From the NCBI GenBank assembly GCA_965228475.1, contig OZ245817.1, forward strand, positions 3,456,001 to 3,520,000: DNA of 64,000 nucleotides. The letters run 5' to 3'. This document shows positions 9,588 through 18,489 of the stretch, in pieces. The stretch comes from Myxococcota bacterium (lineage in GTDB: Bacteria; Myxococcota_A; UBA9160; JAFDDA01). Positions within the stretch are counted from its first letter, which is position 1; each line of letters starts with the position of its first letter. Position numbers and translations under genes: made by a program. Below the pieces are notes generated by a model. It searched no databases, had not been told where the DNA came from, and saw only the letters and a program-made list of their open reading frames with translations.

Positions 9588-11062
9588 AGCACCCCGTCCC
9601 AGGCGCGCCGTTCGGCCGCGTAGGGATCCCGGGCGAGCGCGGATTCGGCGCCGAAGACCATCGTCGCGCGTGAACCGCTCTCGTAGGCCGGCCAGTCGCT
9701 GCCCGGCGCCCCGTCCGTCGCGAAAGCCAGCCACGCGTCCTGCATGCGGTCGGCCAGCCGGTAGGCCGCGGGCTCGACTCCCACCAGACCGTGGAGGTTC
9801 GGGTCGCCGTCGAGCCCGAAGACGAAGGGGATCTCGAGGGCGTGGCAGGAGCCGAGCGCTCCCTCGAGTGCGGGCGAGGCCCAGGTGAAGAGGTAGCTGT
9901 AGACCGGCGCCTCGTGGGCTTCGGCCAGGCGAAGGGCGGGCATGCGGAAGTAGCGGTCGGTCTCGATCGCGAACCAGAGGTCGGCCGGGCTCGCCGACCG
10001 GCCTTCCGCAGCCGCCTCGTAGGCGGCGATCACGTTGGCGGCCGGGTCTCCGATCGTGCGTTCGCAGCGGCGCAGGAGGGCGGCCGCGTCGAGGCGGCGC
10101 GCCTTCGGATCCGCCAGCCCGAAGAACTTCCACTCGTCGAGGTTCGTCCCGACGAGGATCGGAACGCGAGCGCCCTCCCCCGCCGCGAGCGCGGCCTTCG
10201 GCGCTCGCGGGAGAACGCGGCCGTCCACGGTCGGCTGGAACGGGAGGCCGCGGTGCGCGAGTCCGCGAACGGCGAGCACCTCGGCCTGGGCTTCGAGCAG
10301 GGCCTCGACCGGCGCGGCGTGGAGCCCGTCCACGTCTCCGGGAGCGAGACCGAGGGCCTCGGTGAAACGCTCGGCCACCGCCGCCGCCTGCTCGGGCGTG
10401 GCGGCGTTCTCGGTGGCGCCGCTCTGCAGGATCACGCGGTGGAGGAGGCCGCGGGCCTCCGGCGCGGCCAGCAGGGCGCCGATGCTCATTGCGCCCGCGC
10501 TCTCGCCGAAGACCGTGACGTTGCCGGCGTCGCCGCCGAAGACCTCCGCGTTCTCGCGGACGAAGCGCAGCGCCGCGATCTGGTCGAGCAGGCCGGCGTT
10601 GCCGAGAGCGTCGGGGCGCTCGCGATCGAGCCCGGGCAGGGCCAGCCAGCCGAGGGCCCCGAGCCGGTAGTGGATCGTCACGACGACGACGTCGCCGCGC
10701 TGGGCGAGGCGGGCCCCGTCGTAGACGGGCTGGGAGCCCGCGCCGACCGTGAAGCTCCCGCCGTGGACCCACACCAGGATCGGCCGTTTGCGGGCGCCGG
10801 CCGGCGTGAAGACGTCGAGCGTGTGGCAGTCCTCGTCCGCGGCGCCCGGCGTGACGCCGAGCATGCGGGCCACCATGCCGCCGTTCTGGGGTGCGCTCGG
10901 CGGGACTTCGAGCGCGTCGCGAACGCCGGCCCAGGGCTTCGGCGGCCGGGGCGCGGCCCAGCGCGAGGGCGCCTCGGCGAAGGGCACGCCGCGGAAGACG
11001 TGGAGCCCATCCTCGGCGTGGCCGCGGATCCGGCCCGCACTCGTTTCGACGACGACGTCCAT
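9584..11062 (-). CDS. Type-B carboxylesterase/lipase
   Basis: FRGVPFA, EDCHTL, WVHGGSF, FGESAG nucleophile, SCHALEIPFVF. Confidence 0.92.
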   Translation of the reverse strand: MDVVVETSAGRIRGHAEDGLHVFRGVPFAEAPSRWAAPRPPKPWAGVRDALEVPPSAPQNGGMVARMLGVTPGAADEDCHTLDVFTPAGARKRPILVWVHGGSFTVGAGSQPVYDGARLAQRGDVVVVTIHYRLGALGWLALPGLDRERPDALGNAGLLDQIAALRFVRENAEVFGGDAGNVTVFGESAGAMSIGALLAAPEARGLLHRVILQSGATENAATPEQAAAVAERFTEALGLAPGDVDGLHAAPVEALLEAQAEVLAVRGLAHRGLPFQPTVDGRVLPRAPKAALAAGEGARVPILVGTNLDEWKFFGLADPKARRLDAAALLRRCERTIGDPAANVIAAYEAAAEGRSASPADLWFAIETDRYFRMPALRLAEAHEAPVYSYLFTWASPALEGALGSCHALEIPFVFGLDGDPNLHGLVGVEPAAYRLADRMQDAWLAFATDGAPGSDWPAYESGSRATMVFGAESALARDPYAAERRAWDGVL

Positions 11063-11119
11063 GACCCGGACATTATAGACGGTCCCTGGGGACCCTCGGA
11101 TCTGGTAACTCCGGAGGCG

Positions 11120-12076
11120 TTGGCCTCGCATCCGCACAACGCCCGCCGCCCTCCGCACAACGTCCGCCGCGGAGCGGCGCACGCCGAGCCCGGCCCGGAG
11201 CCGCGCCGCCCGCCCGCCTGGCGCCTGTTCTCGGTCGTCGCCCTCGGCGCCCTCGGCATCGCGGCGGCGGCGATCTTCGTCCGGCTTGCCCTTCCGGCGC
11301 CCCCGGTCGTGACCGGCTTCTACCGCATGGCGTTCGCGTTGCCGGTGCTCGCGGCCGTCGTCGCCTGGCAGGGCGGCTTCCGCGACGCGCCCACCCGGGC
11401 GCTCGGGCTCGCCTTCAGCGCCGGGCTCTTCTTCGGCGCGGACCTCTCGCTCTGGCACCTCGCCCTGGTCGAGACCTCGGTCGCCAGCGCCACCCTGCTC
11501 GTCAACACGACGCCGATCCCGATCGGACTGTGGAGCCTGCTCGTCCTGCGCGAGCGCCCCGGTCGCCCCTTCGTGGCCGGCGCGTTCCTCGCGCTCTGCG
11601 GCACGACGCTCCTCCTCGGGTCGGATCTGCGAGAAGGAATCGGCTGGCACGGCGGTGCCCTCGCCCTCGGCGCCGCCTTCTTCTACGCCGGGTACCTCGT
11701 CCTGATCCAGGCGGCGCGCAGCGGGCTCGATGCGTGGACGGGGACGCTCGCCTCGACGGCCGGCGGCGTGCTGGTGATCGGCGTCTTCGCCGCGGTGCGC
11801 GGAGATTCGTTCAGCGGCTTCCCGCCCCACTCCTGGGCGACCTTCGTGGCCGCCGCGCTGGTCTCCCACGTCGGCGGCGTGCTCGGGATCGCCTGGGCCC
11901 TGCGCTGGCTGCGCGCGACGTTCGCCTCGGTCGCCCTGCTGATCCAGCCGCTCGGCGCGACGCTCCTGGCGTGGTGGCTCTTCGACGAGACGCTCTCGCC
12001 CGGGCAGGCGCTCGGCGGCGTCGCGGTGCTCGCGGGGATCTTCGTCGCTTCGCGGGGCGCGCTCCGGACGCGCTAG
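11120..12076 (+). CDS. DMT/EamA family transporter
   Basis: About 10 TM helices, FYRMAFA, TSVASATLLVNTTP, LLIQPLGA. TTG after GGAGG; start uncertain. Confidence 0.85.
   Translation: MASHPHNARRPPHNVRRGAAHAEPGPEPRRPPAWRLFSVVALGALGIAAAAIFVRLALPAPPVVTGFYRMAFALPVLAAVVAWQGGFRDAPTRALGLAFSAGLFFGADLSLWHLALVETSVASATLLVNTTPIPIGLWSLLVLRERPGRPFVAGAFLALCGTTLLLGSDLREGIGWHGGALALGAAFFYAGYLVLIQAARSGLDAWTGTLASTAGGVLVIGVFAAVRGDSFSGFPPHSWATFVAAALVSHVGGVLGIAWALRWLRATFASVALLIQPLGATLLAWWLFDETLSPGQALGGVAVLAGIFVASRGALRTR
11131..11170. repeat. 19-bp tandem duplication, period 21
   Basis: TCCGCACAACG(C/T)CCGCCGC at 11131 and 11152. Confidence 0.7.
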
Positions 12077-12098
12077 AGGCTCCGGCCTCGGGGGCGCT

Positions 12099-13355
12099 TC
12101 AGGCCGCCTCGGCCGACAGCCCGTTCACCCAGACGTAGGCGTCGAGGAGCGCCTGCCGGAGCTCCGGCGTGCCGAGTTCGTAGCGGTCGAGGTGCTTCGA
12201 GATCTCGGGCACGTCGAGGCGTTCGATGCCTTCGGCGATCGCGAGGAAGGCACCCAGGTCACCTTCGCCGTGGAGCAGCGCCGCGTGGATTTCCGGCTCG
12301 AGGCTCATCGTCTCGAGCAGCTCCGTCCGCGGCACGCCGAGCAGCGCGTCGGCCAGGGAGAGCATGCCGACGAGGAAGGCGCGGTCGGCCACCTGCCGAT
12401 CGCTGTGCGGGTCGCTCTCGCGGCTCGCGAGTCCGACGATGTTCTCCATCAACCGCCCGCGCACGGCCGCGGTCTGGAGCAGTGCGGAGCTGCCCGGCTC
12501 CGAGTCGGCCCCCGCGAAGAGCAGCAGGGTGAGCCAGCGCCGGAGCTGCCGGCGGCCGAGGTAGGCCACGGCCTCGGCGACGCTCGCCACGTTCACCGCC
12601 CGGCCCATCGCCGCCGAGTTCACCAGGCGCAGCAGGTTCAGGCCGAGGTCCGCGTTCTGCTTGATCGTGTCGGCGAGCGGCTCGGAGTCGACGTCGGCCG
12701 AGAGCTGCTCGATCGCCTGGAGCACGGTGGCGCGCGCCGGGTCGATGGCCTTGCCGCTCACGACCGTCGGCTTCGAGAAGAAGTAGCCCTGGTAGAGGTC
12801 GAAGCCGAGCTGCTTGCAGCGCTCGAACTCCTCGCGGTCCTCGACCTTCTCGGCGAGCAGCAGGACGTCGTTCCGCCGCAGCCGGGAGACGAGCCGCGGG
12901 AGGTCCTTCATGCCGACGTCGAGGATGTCGACCTTGACCAGGTCGACCCGCTCGAGGAGCGGCTCGCGGGGGTCCCGCAGCACGTAGTCGTCGAGCGCGA
13001 GGCGGTAGCCGAGGCGCCGGAGCGCGCTGCAGCGGGCGGCGACCCGCGGCCCGGGCTTCACCGTCTCGAGGATCTCAAGCACCACGCGCTCCTTGGGGAG
13101 CGCTTCGAGCATCTCGTCGTGGAAGACCGTCTCGGTCAGATTCAGGAAGGCATCGGCCTTGCCGCCGAGGACCGCGTCGACGCCCATGCGCGCGAAGGTG
13201 TTGACGATCACCCGCACCGCCGCGACGTCGTAGTCGTCGATCGAGGCGAAGGTGGCGGTCGCCGAATCGCGGAACAGCAGCTCGTAGGCCGCGACGCGGC
13301 CGTGCCGGTCGAGGATCGGCTGCCGCCCGATGAAGATGTCGCGATCGCCGCTCAC
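12099..13355 (-). CDS. EAL + HDOD domain protein (YuxH-like c-di-GMP signalling)
   Basis: FIGRQPI..AYELLFR, LEILE, ALDDY, AEKVE, YQGYFFSKP, followed by HDOD (LLRLVNSA). Confidence 0.9.
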   Translation of the reverse strand: MSGDRDIFIGRQPILDRHGRVAAYELLFRDSATATFASIDDYDVAAVRVIVNTFARMGVDAVLGGKADAFLNLTETVFHDEMLEALPKERVVLEILETVKPGPRVAARCSALRRLGYRLALDDYVLRDPREPLLERVDLVKVDILDVGMKDLPRLVSRLRRNDVLLLAEKVEDREEFERCKQLGFDLYQGYFFSKPTVVSGKAIDPARATVLQAIEQLSADVDSEPLADTIKQNADLGLNLLRLVNSAAMGRAVNVASVAEAVAYLGRRQLRRWLTLLLFAGADSEPGSSALLQTAAVRGRLMENIVGLASRESDPHSDRQVADRAFLVGMLSLADALLGVPRTELLETMSLEPEIHAALLHGEGDLGAFLAIAEGIERLDVPEISKHLDRYELGTPELRQALLDAYVWVNGLSAEAA

Positions 13356-13412
13356 CCCCGGCTCATCGGCCGTTCCGGCAGGCTCGGACAGCGTGCTTCC
13401 CCCGAGAGCGCC

Positions 13413-14267
13413 TCAGGTCTTGAAGGGGAGCTCCGGCCACCAGGGGTAGAAATCCGGAAGGTCCTCGCTGGGCTTCATCGAGAACGCGGGGGGCCGCTTC
13501 TCGAGGAAACTCTGCACGCCCTCGTAGGCATCCGGGGAACGCCCCATGGAGTAGATGGCCTGGGAGTCGATGCGGTGGGCCTCCATCGGGTGCTCGGCCC
13601 CGAGCATCTTCCAGAGGAGTTGCCGGGAGAGTGCGATCGACACGGCGCTCGTGTTCTCGGCGATCTCGCGCGCCAGGGCCTGCGCTTCCCCGAGGAGGTC
13701 GTCGTGGGGGACGATGCGCGAGACGAGCCCCCCGGCCAGCGCCTCCTCGACCGGGAACACCCGGCCCGTCGCCACCCACTCCATGGCCTGGCTGATGCCG
13801 ACCACGCGTGGGAGGAACCAGCTGCTGCAGGCCTCGGGCACGATGCCGCGCCGGGCGAACACGAAGCCCATCTTCGCGCGGTCGCTCGCGAGACGGACGT
13901 CCATCGGGAGCGTCATCGTGATGCCGACCCCGACGGCCGGCCCGTTGATCGCGGCGATCAGGGGCTTCTTGCAGTCGAAGAAGCGGAGCGTGACGCGCCC
14001 GCCGCCGTCCCGGTGGTCGCTCACCTCTTCGTGGCCGCTCGAATCGAAGGTTTCGCCCCCGCCGCCGAGATCCGCGCCGGCGCAGAAGCCCCGCCCGGCG
14101 CCCGTGAAGACCACGGCCCGCACGGCGTCGTCCGCGTCGATCTCGTCCGTCAACGCGAGCAGGTCGTTCATCATCTGGGTGGTGAACGCGTTCATGCGGT
14201 CCGGACGGTTCAGGGTCACCGTCAAGACGCCGCCGGTGCGCTCGGTCAGCAGGGTTTCGTAGGCCAT
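13413..14267 (-). CDS. Crotonase/enoyl-CoA hydratase family protein
   Basis: LNRPDRMNA, FCAGADL, AAINGPAVGVG, GIVPEACS. Confidence 0.92.
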   Translation of the reverse strand: MAYETLLTERTGGVLTVTLNRPDRMNAFTTQMMNDLLALTDEIDADDAVRAVVFTGAGRGFCAGADLGGGGETFDSSGHEEVSDHRDGGGRVTLRFFDCKKPLIAAINGPAVGVGITMTLPMDVRLASDRAKMGFVFARRGIVPEACSSWFLPRVVGISQAMEWVATGRVFPVEEALAGGLVSRIVPHDDLLGEAQALAREIAENTSAVSIALSRQLLWKMLGAEHPMEAHRIDSQAIYSMGRSPDAYEGVQSFLEKRPPAFSMKPSEDLPDFYPWWPELPFKT

Positions 14268-14335
14268 GTCGGTTCGCTCCTCCTCGGGTGCGCGGTAGGA
14301 TACAGCGCCAAACCCCACTTCCGAGGAGAGCTTTC

Positions 14336-14626
14336 ATGCCGCTGTACGTGATCATCGGCCGGGATGGCCCGCGCGGCCTCGAACTCCGCAAGCAACACCG
14401 CGACGCCCATCTCGCCGGGCTCGAGGGCCTCGAGGCGGCCGGCCGCATCCGGCACGCCGGGCCGCTTCGCGACGAAGCCGGCGATCCGTGCGGCTCGGTG
14501 ATCGTGTTCGAAGCCGAGAGCCTCGAGGAGGCGCGGCGCCAGGCGGCCTCGGACCCCTACGTGACCGAGGGCGTCTTCGCGAGCCACGAGGTCTTCGAGA
14601 CCCTCCAGGTCTTCCCGAAGGCGTAG
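14336..14626 (+). CDS. YciI family protein
   Basis: HRDAHL, AGPL, GSVIV, DPY; GAGGAG RBS. Confidence 0.85.
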   Translation: MPLYVIIGRDGPRGLELRKQHRDAHLAGLEGLEAAGRIRHAGPLRDEAGDPCGSVIVFEAESLEEARRQAASDPYVTEGVFASHEVFETLQVFPKA

Positions 14627-14648
14627 CGCCCCCCGCAGCGCCCCTGCC

Positions 14649-15437
14649 CTAGTAGCGATGGCTCGGGATGTTGGGCGGGCTCGGGGTGCTGGGTGGACTC
14701 GGGATGCTGTGCACGTCCGGCGACGAGGAGGGCGGCCGCGGCTTCGTCACGTTGCCCGGCAGGGTCGGCTTGCGCTGCCCCGTCTCGATCTCGCTGCGGA
14801 AGGGTCGATCGAGCGGATCGGTCTGGTCTTCCTCGTCCTTCGTGGCTTCGCGCGGTTCGCTCGGCTCGTCGCCGAGGCTCTCGACCGAGCTCGCGTCGTC
14901 CTTCTGGTCGATGACGGCCATCCCGCGCACGCCGCGCACGACGATCTTGCCCTCGCGCAGGATCACGGTGGTCGCGAAGTCGACGGCCGCGACCAGCACG
15001 TCGAAGATCGTCCCGCGCACGCCGATCGAAGCCACGGGCGTCTTCACCTCGTAGCTCTCGGGCTCGAGCACCCCCGTGGTGAAGCGCATCAGGCCGACGC
15101 CCATCTCGACGAGGACCTTCCCGGAGCCGCTCGAAGGCTCGTAGACGAAGTCGTCGATGTGGATGCGGGAGCTCGGGCCGACCACGAGTTCGGTCTCGTC
15201 GTGCAGCTCGATCTTCGCCCGGGCCTTCTTCTCGGTCTCGATCCAGTCGCCCCTATAGACGGCGTCGCCCCGCCCGACGCGGCGCGAGTCCGCCCCGAGC
15301 GTCGCCATCACCTTCTTCTCGACCGCCACGATCTTGCCCACGGGCTCCGCGCCGGAAGCCGCCGGATCGTCGGCCGCGGAGGGCGCGGACGTCGCGAGCA
15401 TCGAGCACAGCGTGAGGATGACGAGCAGGGGTCGCAT
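14649..15437 (-). CDS. Secreted FecR-domain protein with Pro/Ser-rich tail
   Basis: Signal peptide, GDWIET, D.TEL.VGPSS, G.MRFTTG, TPVASIGVRGT. Confidence 0.8.
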   Translation of the reverse strand: MRPLLVILTLCSMLATSAPSAADDPAASGAEPVGKIVAVEKKVMATLGADSRRVGRGDAVYRGDWIETEKKARAKIELHDETELVVGPSSRIHIDDFVYEPSSGSGKVLVEMGVGLMRFTTGVLEPESYEVKTPVASIGVRGTIFDVLVAAVDFATTVILREGKIVVRGVRGMAVIDQKDDASSVESLGDEPSEPREATKDEEDQTDPLDRPFRSEIETGQRKPTLPGNVTKPRPPSSSPDVHSIPSPPSTPSPPNIPSHRY

Positions 15438-15477
15438 GAGGGCTCCCGAGGGTGAAGTCCGCCGAGCCGGACCGCGT

Positions 15478-16185
15478 TCAGTCGAGCTTTACCGTCTGGC
15501 GCTCGGGCCGATCGAGCAGCACCGTCCGGATGTCGGCCAGGACGAGGCGCGGGTCCATCAAGCCCACACTGTAGACGTTGCGGACCCGGCGGCGCTCGTC
15601 GAGCAGGTAGACCTTCAGCACGTGCTCGAGGACGCCGGTTTCGGCCCCGTCGACGTCGAGCAGGGAGACCACGCGCTGGCCGTAGTCTTCGAGCACCGGA
15701 GCCAGGGCTTCGGGGCTCGCCGAGGTGAGGAAGCGCCAGTCGGTGCGGGGGGCGAGGCCCTCGCGGAGCGCGCGCATCCGTGCGGGCGAGTCGCGCTTCG
15801 GGTCGAAGCTCACGGTCAAGAGCCGCACGTGCTCGCGCAGGTCCTTCCGCTCGGCGATGGCGCGGTCGAGCTGCTGCAGCGTCGCCAGGGCCATCGGACA
15901 GCTCTGACCACAGCTCGCGTAGATGAAGGCGACGACGGCGACCTGACCGGGCGCGAGGTCCGGCACCCCATGGGGCTGCCCCGCTTCATCGAGCAGCACG
16001 TGTTCCGCGACGCTTCCGAAGGCCGGGAGTTCGTAGCTCCCCGGGGCCGGCGGCTCGAAGAGCGGCGGCCCCGCGGCGTGCGCCGCCTCCTTCCCGTGGC
16101 CTTCGCTGCCGTGGGCGTGAGCCTCCGGCGCGGCGGCAAAGGCCGCGGCGAGCACGAGCCCGGCGATCGCGAGCCCGTGCCTCAA
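15478..16185 (-). CDS. SCO1/SenC copper chaperone
   Basis: [11 protein letters not shown] (CxxxC), SFDPKRD, distal His (EHVLKVYL). TTG overlaps the mtoX stop. Confidence 0.88.
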   Translation of the reverse strand: MRHGLAIAGLVLAAAFAAAPEAHAHGSEGHGKEAAHAAGPPLFEPPAPGSYELPAFGSVAEHVLLDEAGQPHGVPDLAPGQVAVVAFIYASCGQSCPMALATLQQLDRAIAERKDLREHVRLLTVSFDPKRDSPARMRALREGLAPRTDWRFLTSASPEALAPVLEDYGQRVVSLLDVDGAETGVLEHVLKVYLLDERRRVRNVYSVGLMDPRLVLADIRTVLLDRPERQTVKLD

Positions 16186-17483
16186 CGCGCCGCCACCTGC
16201 GGGGTCGAATCCGTCGCGGCCATGCGGCCCCGGTAGAGGCCGATCTTTCCGAAGCGCATGATGTGGGGCCGGCCGAGCTCCTCGGCGCGGAAGTCGATGG
16301 CGAAGGTCGGCTCGAGGGTCTTGCCGTCCCAGTCGTAGGCCTTCAGGAACTGCTCGTCCTCGCCGCCGAAGCCGTCCCACTTCGAGAGCAGCGAGGACGT
16401 GAAGTAGACGCGCTTCCCGTCCCAGGACTGGGAGACCATGTTCACCTGGGCGCCGATCTTCTTCTCGTGGATGACGCGCGGCGCGCGCGGGTTCGAGACG
16501 TCGAAGACCCGCACCATGCCGTCGAGGAAGGTGTCGACGAAGAGCGTCTTGTCGTCGGAGGAGATGCTGATGTCGACGGGCAGCGGCGTCTTGGACGGAT
16601 CGCCGACGTCCGCCAGCTCGACGGCCTCGAACGTGCCGTCGTCCTTGCGGAAGAGGCCCCAGAGCTTCGAGGTGAGCGCGGTCGTCGTGAAGGCGTAGTG
16701 GTTGCGCGGGTCGAGCGCCCAGCGCACCTCGAGCGGCGCGCCCGGCACTTCGAAGGTCTGGAGCGGGCGGCGCGCGTGGAAGTCCCACACCACCATCTGG
16801 TTGCCGAACTCCTTCATCGCCTCGGCGTCCGCGAGGAGGTCGCCGAGCGGCCGCATGTAGTTCTTGTGGCCCGTGAAGGAGGACGTGATCATGCGGTTCA
16901 GGTTCGCGTTCACGCGCGCGTCGTAGCCGTACTCGGCGCCCGGCGGCATCCAGCGCGTGCGGATGAACTGGCCGTCGTTGCTGTACTCGACGATCGCCGT
17001 CTTGCCGTTCCCGGTGTGGGCGTTGCTCAGGGAAGGGATCAACATCCGGCCGGGCAGCGCGTAGAACCCGTGCGGGCCGACGACGCCGCCGGTCATCTGC
17101 ACGAAATCGTCGATGACCTTCACGAGCTTCGGGCGCGCCGGGTTCGTCGCCACGTCGATGATGAAGATCTTGCTCGTGTCGAGGCCGCCGAGCCAGAGGT
17201 GGCTGCGGTCGTCGGTGAAGCCGCCGTGGTGGGCCTCGTGACGCCCGCCCACGGAGACCGACGAAACGACCTTGCCGTAGTCGGGCCGGGCCGGGTTCGC
17301 GCCGACGGTGACGAGCTTGTCCGAGCCGTCGCCCAGCCCCTCGATCCCGAGCGTCCAGACGTAGATGAAGTCTTCCTGCCCGGTGATCTTCGGGAGGTAG
17401 GGGGATTGGCAGGTCTCGTCCGCGCGCACCTGCGCGGCCGCGAAGAAACCCACCACCAAGGCCAGGGCGACCCGAACGACCAT
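16182..17483 (-). CDS. mtoX: Methanethiol oxidase-like SBP56/selenium-binding family protein
   Basis: AGGAGG RBS, signal peptide, then [60 protein letters not shown] gene adjacent. Confidence 0.85.
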   Translation of the reverse strand: MVVRVALALVVGFFAAAQVRADETCQSPYLPKITGQEDFIYVWTLGIEGLGDGSDKLVTVGANPARPDYGKVVSSVSVGGRHEAHHGGFTDDRSHLWLGGLDTSKIFIIDVATNPARPKLVKVIDDFVQMTGGVVGPHGFYALPGRMLIPSLSNAHTGNGKTAIVEYSNDGQFIRTRWMPPGAEYGYDARVNANLNRMITSSFTGHKNYMRPLGDLLADAEAMKEFGNQMVVWDFHARRPLQTFEVPGAPLEVRWALDPRNHYAFTTTALTSKLWGLFRKDDGTFEAVELADVGDPSKTPLPVDISISSDDKTLFVDTFLDGMVRVFDVSNPRAPRVIHEKKIGAQVNMVSQSWDGKRVYFTSSLLSKWDGFGGEDEQFLKAYDWDGKTLEPTFAIDFRAEELGRPHIMRFGKIGLYRGRMAATDSTPQVAAR

Positions 17484-17534
17484 CCGCTCTCCTCCTTCGG
17501 ACATGGGATTGCGCCGCGTATAGTACACCGACCG

Positions 17535-18482
17535 ATGCCCGAGCTGCCCGACGTCACGGTCTACGTGGAGAGCATCGCGCGCCGCGCGGTGGGCGAGCCG
17601 CTGCTCGAAGTGCGGGTCACGAGCCCCGCCCTGCTGCGCACCGTCGACCCGCCGCCCTCGGCGCTGGTCGGCCTGCCCCTCGAGGGGGTCCGCCGGCTCG
17701 GCAAGCGGATCGTGCTCGCCTTCGCGGACGAACACTTCTGCGTCATCCACCTCATGATCGCCGGCCGCTTCCGCTGGAAGAAGGGCGCCGCCGCTCCCCC
17801 GAAGAAGCTCGGCCTCGCGGCCTTCCGCTTCGAGCCCGGCACGCTCGTCCTGACCGAGGCGGGAACCAAGCGGCGGGCGACGCTCCACGTGGTGCGGGGC
17901 GAAGCCGCCCTGGCGGAGCTCGACCCGGGCGGCATCGAGCCGCTCGAGACCGACCTCGCCGGTTTCCGCGAGGCGCTGCTCCGTGAAAACCACACCCTGA
18001 AGCGCTCGCTCACGGACCCCCATCTCCTGAGCGGGATCGGCAATGCCTACTCCGACGAGATCCTCCACCGCGCGCGCCTCTCGCCGGTCAAGTGGACGGA
18101 GCGGCTCGGCGACGAAGAGATCGAGCGGCTCTTCGAAGCCACCCGCGCCGTCCTCGAGGAGTGGACGGACCGCCTCCGCGAAGAAGCCGGCGATCGTTTC
18201 CCGGAGAAGGTCACGGCGTTCCGCCCCGAAATGGCCGTCCACGGACGCCATCGCGAGCCCTGCCCCGTCTGCGGCGCGCCGGTGCAGCGCATCGTCTACG
18301 CCTCGAACGAGACCAACTACTGCGCCCCGTGCCAGACCGGCGGGAAGCTCCTCGCCGACCGCGCCATGTCGCGGCTCCTGCGCAAGGACTGGCCGCGCAC
18401 GATCGAGGCGCTCGAGGCCCGGCGGGCAGCCCAGGCGATCGGTCCGCCCGCAGGCCCCGCCAAGGCGAAGAAGAGGAAGTAG
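17535..18482 (+). CDS. Fpg/Nei family DNA glycosylase
   Basis: N-terminal [20 protein letters not shown], zinc finger CPVC..CAPC. Confidence 0.92.
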   Translation: MPELPDVTVYVESIARRAVGEPLLEVRVTSPALLRTVDPPPSALVGLPLEGVRRLGKRIVLAFADEHFCVIHLMIAGRFRWKKGAAAPPKKLGLAAFRFEPGTLVLTEAGTKRRATLHVVRGEAALAELDPGGIEPLETDLAGFREALLRENHTLKRSLTDPHLLSGIGNAYSDEILHRARLSPVKWTERLGDEEIERLFEATRAVLEEWTDRLREEAGDRFPEKVTAFRPEMAVHGRHREPCPVCGAPVQRIVYASNETNYCAPCQTGGKLLADRAMSRLLRKDWPRTIEALEARRAAQAIGPPAGPAKAKKRK

Positions 18483-18489
18483 CGGCGAC

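Noticed and set aside
16182..17483. Selenoprotein or recoding in the selenium-binding family gene
   Set aside because: There is no in-frame TGA; the family name does not imply selenocysteine.
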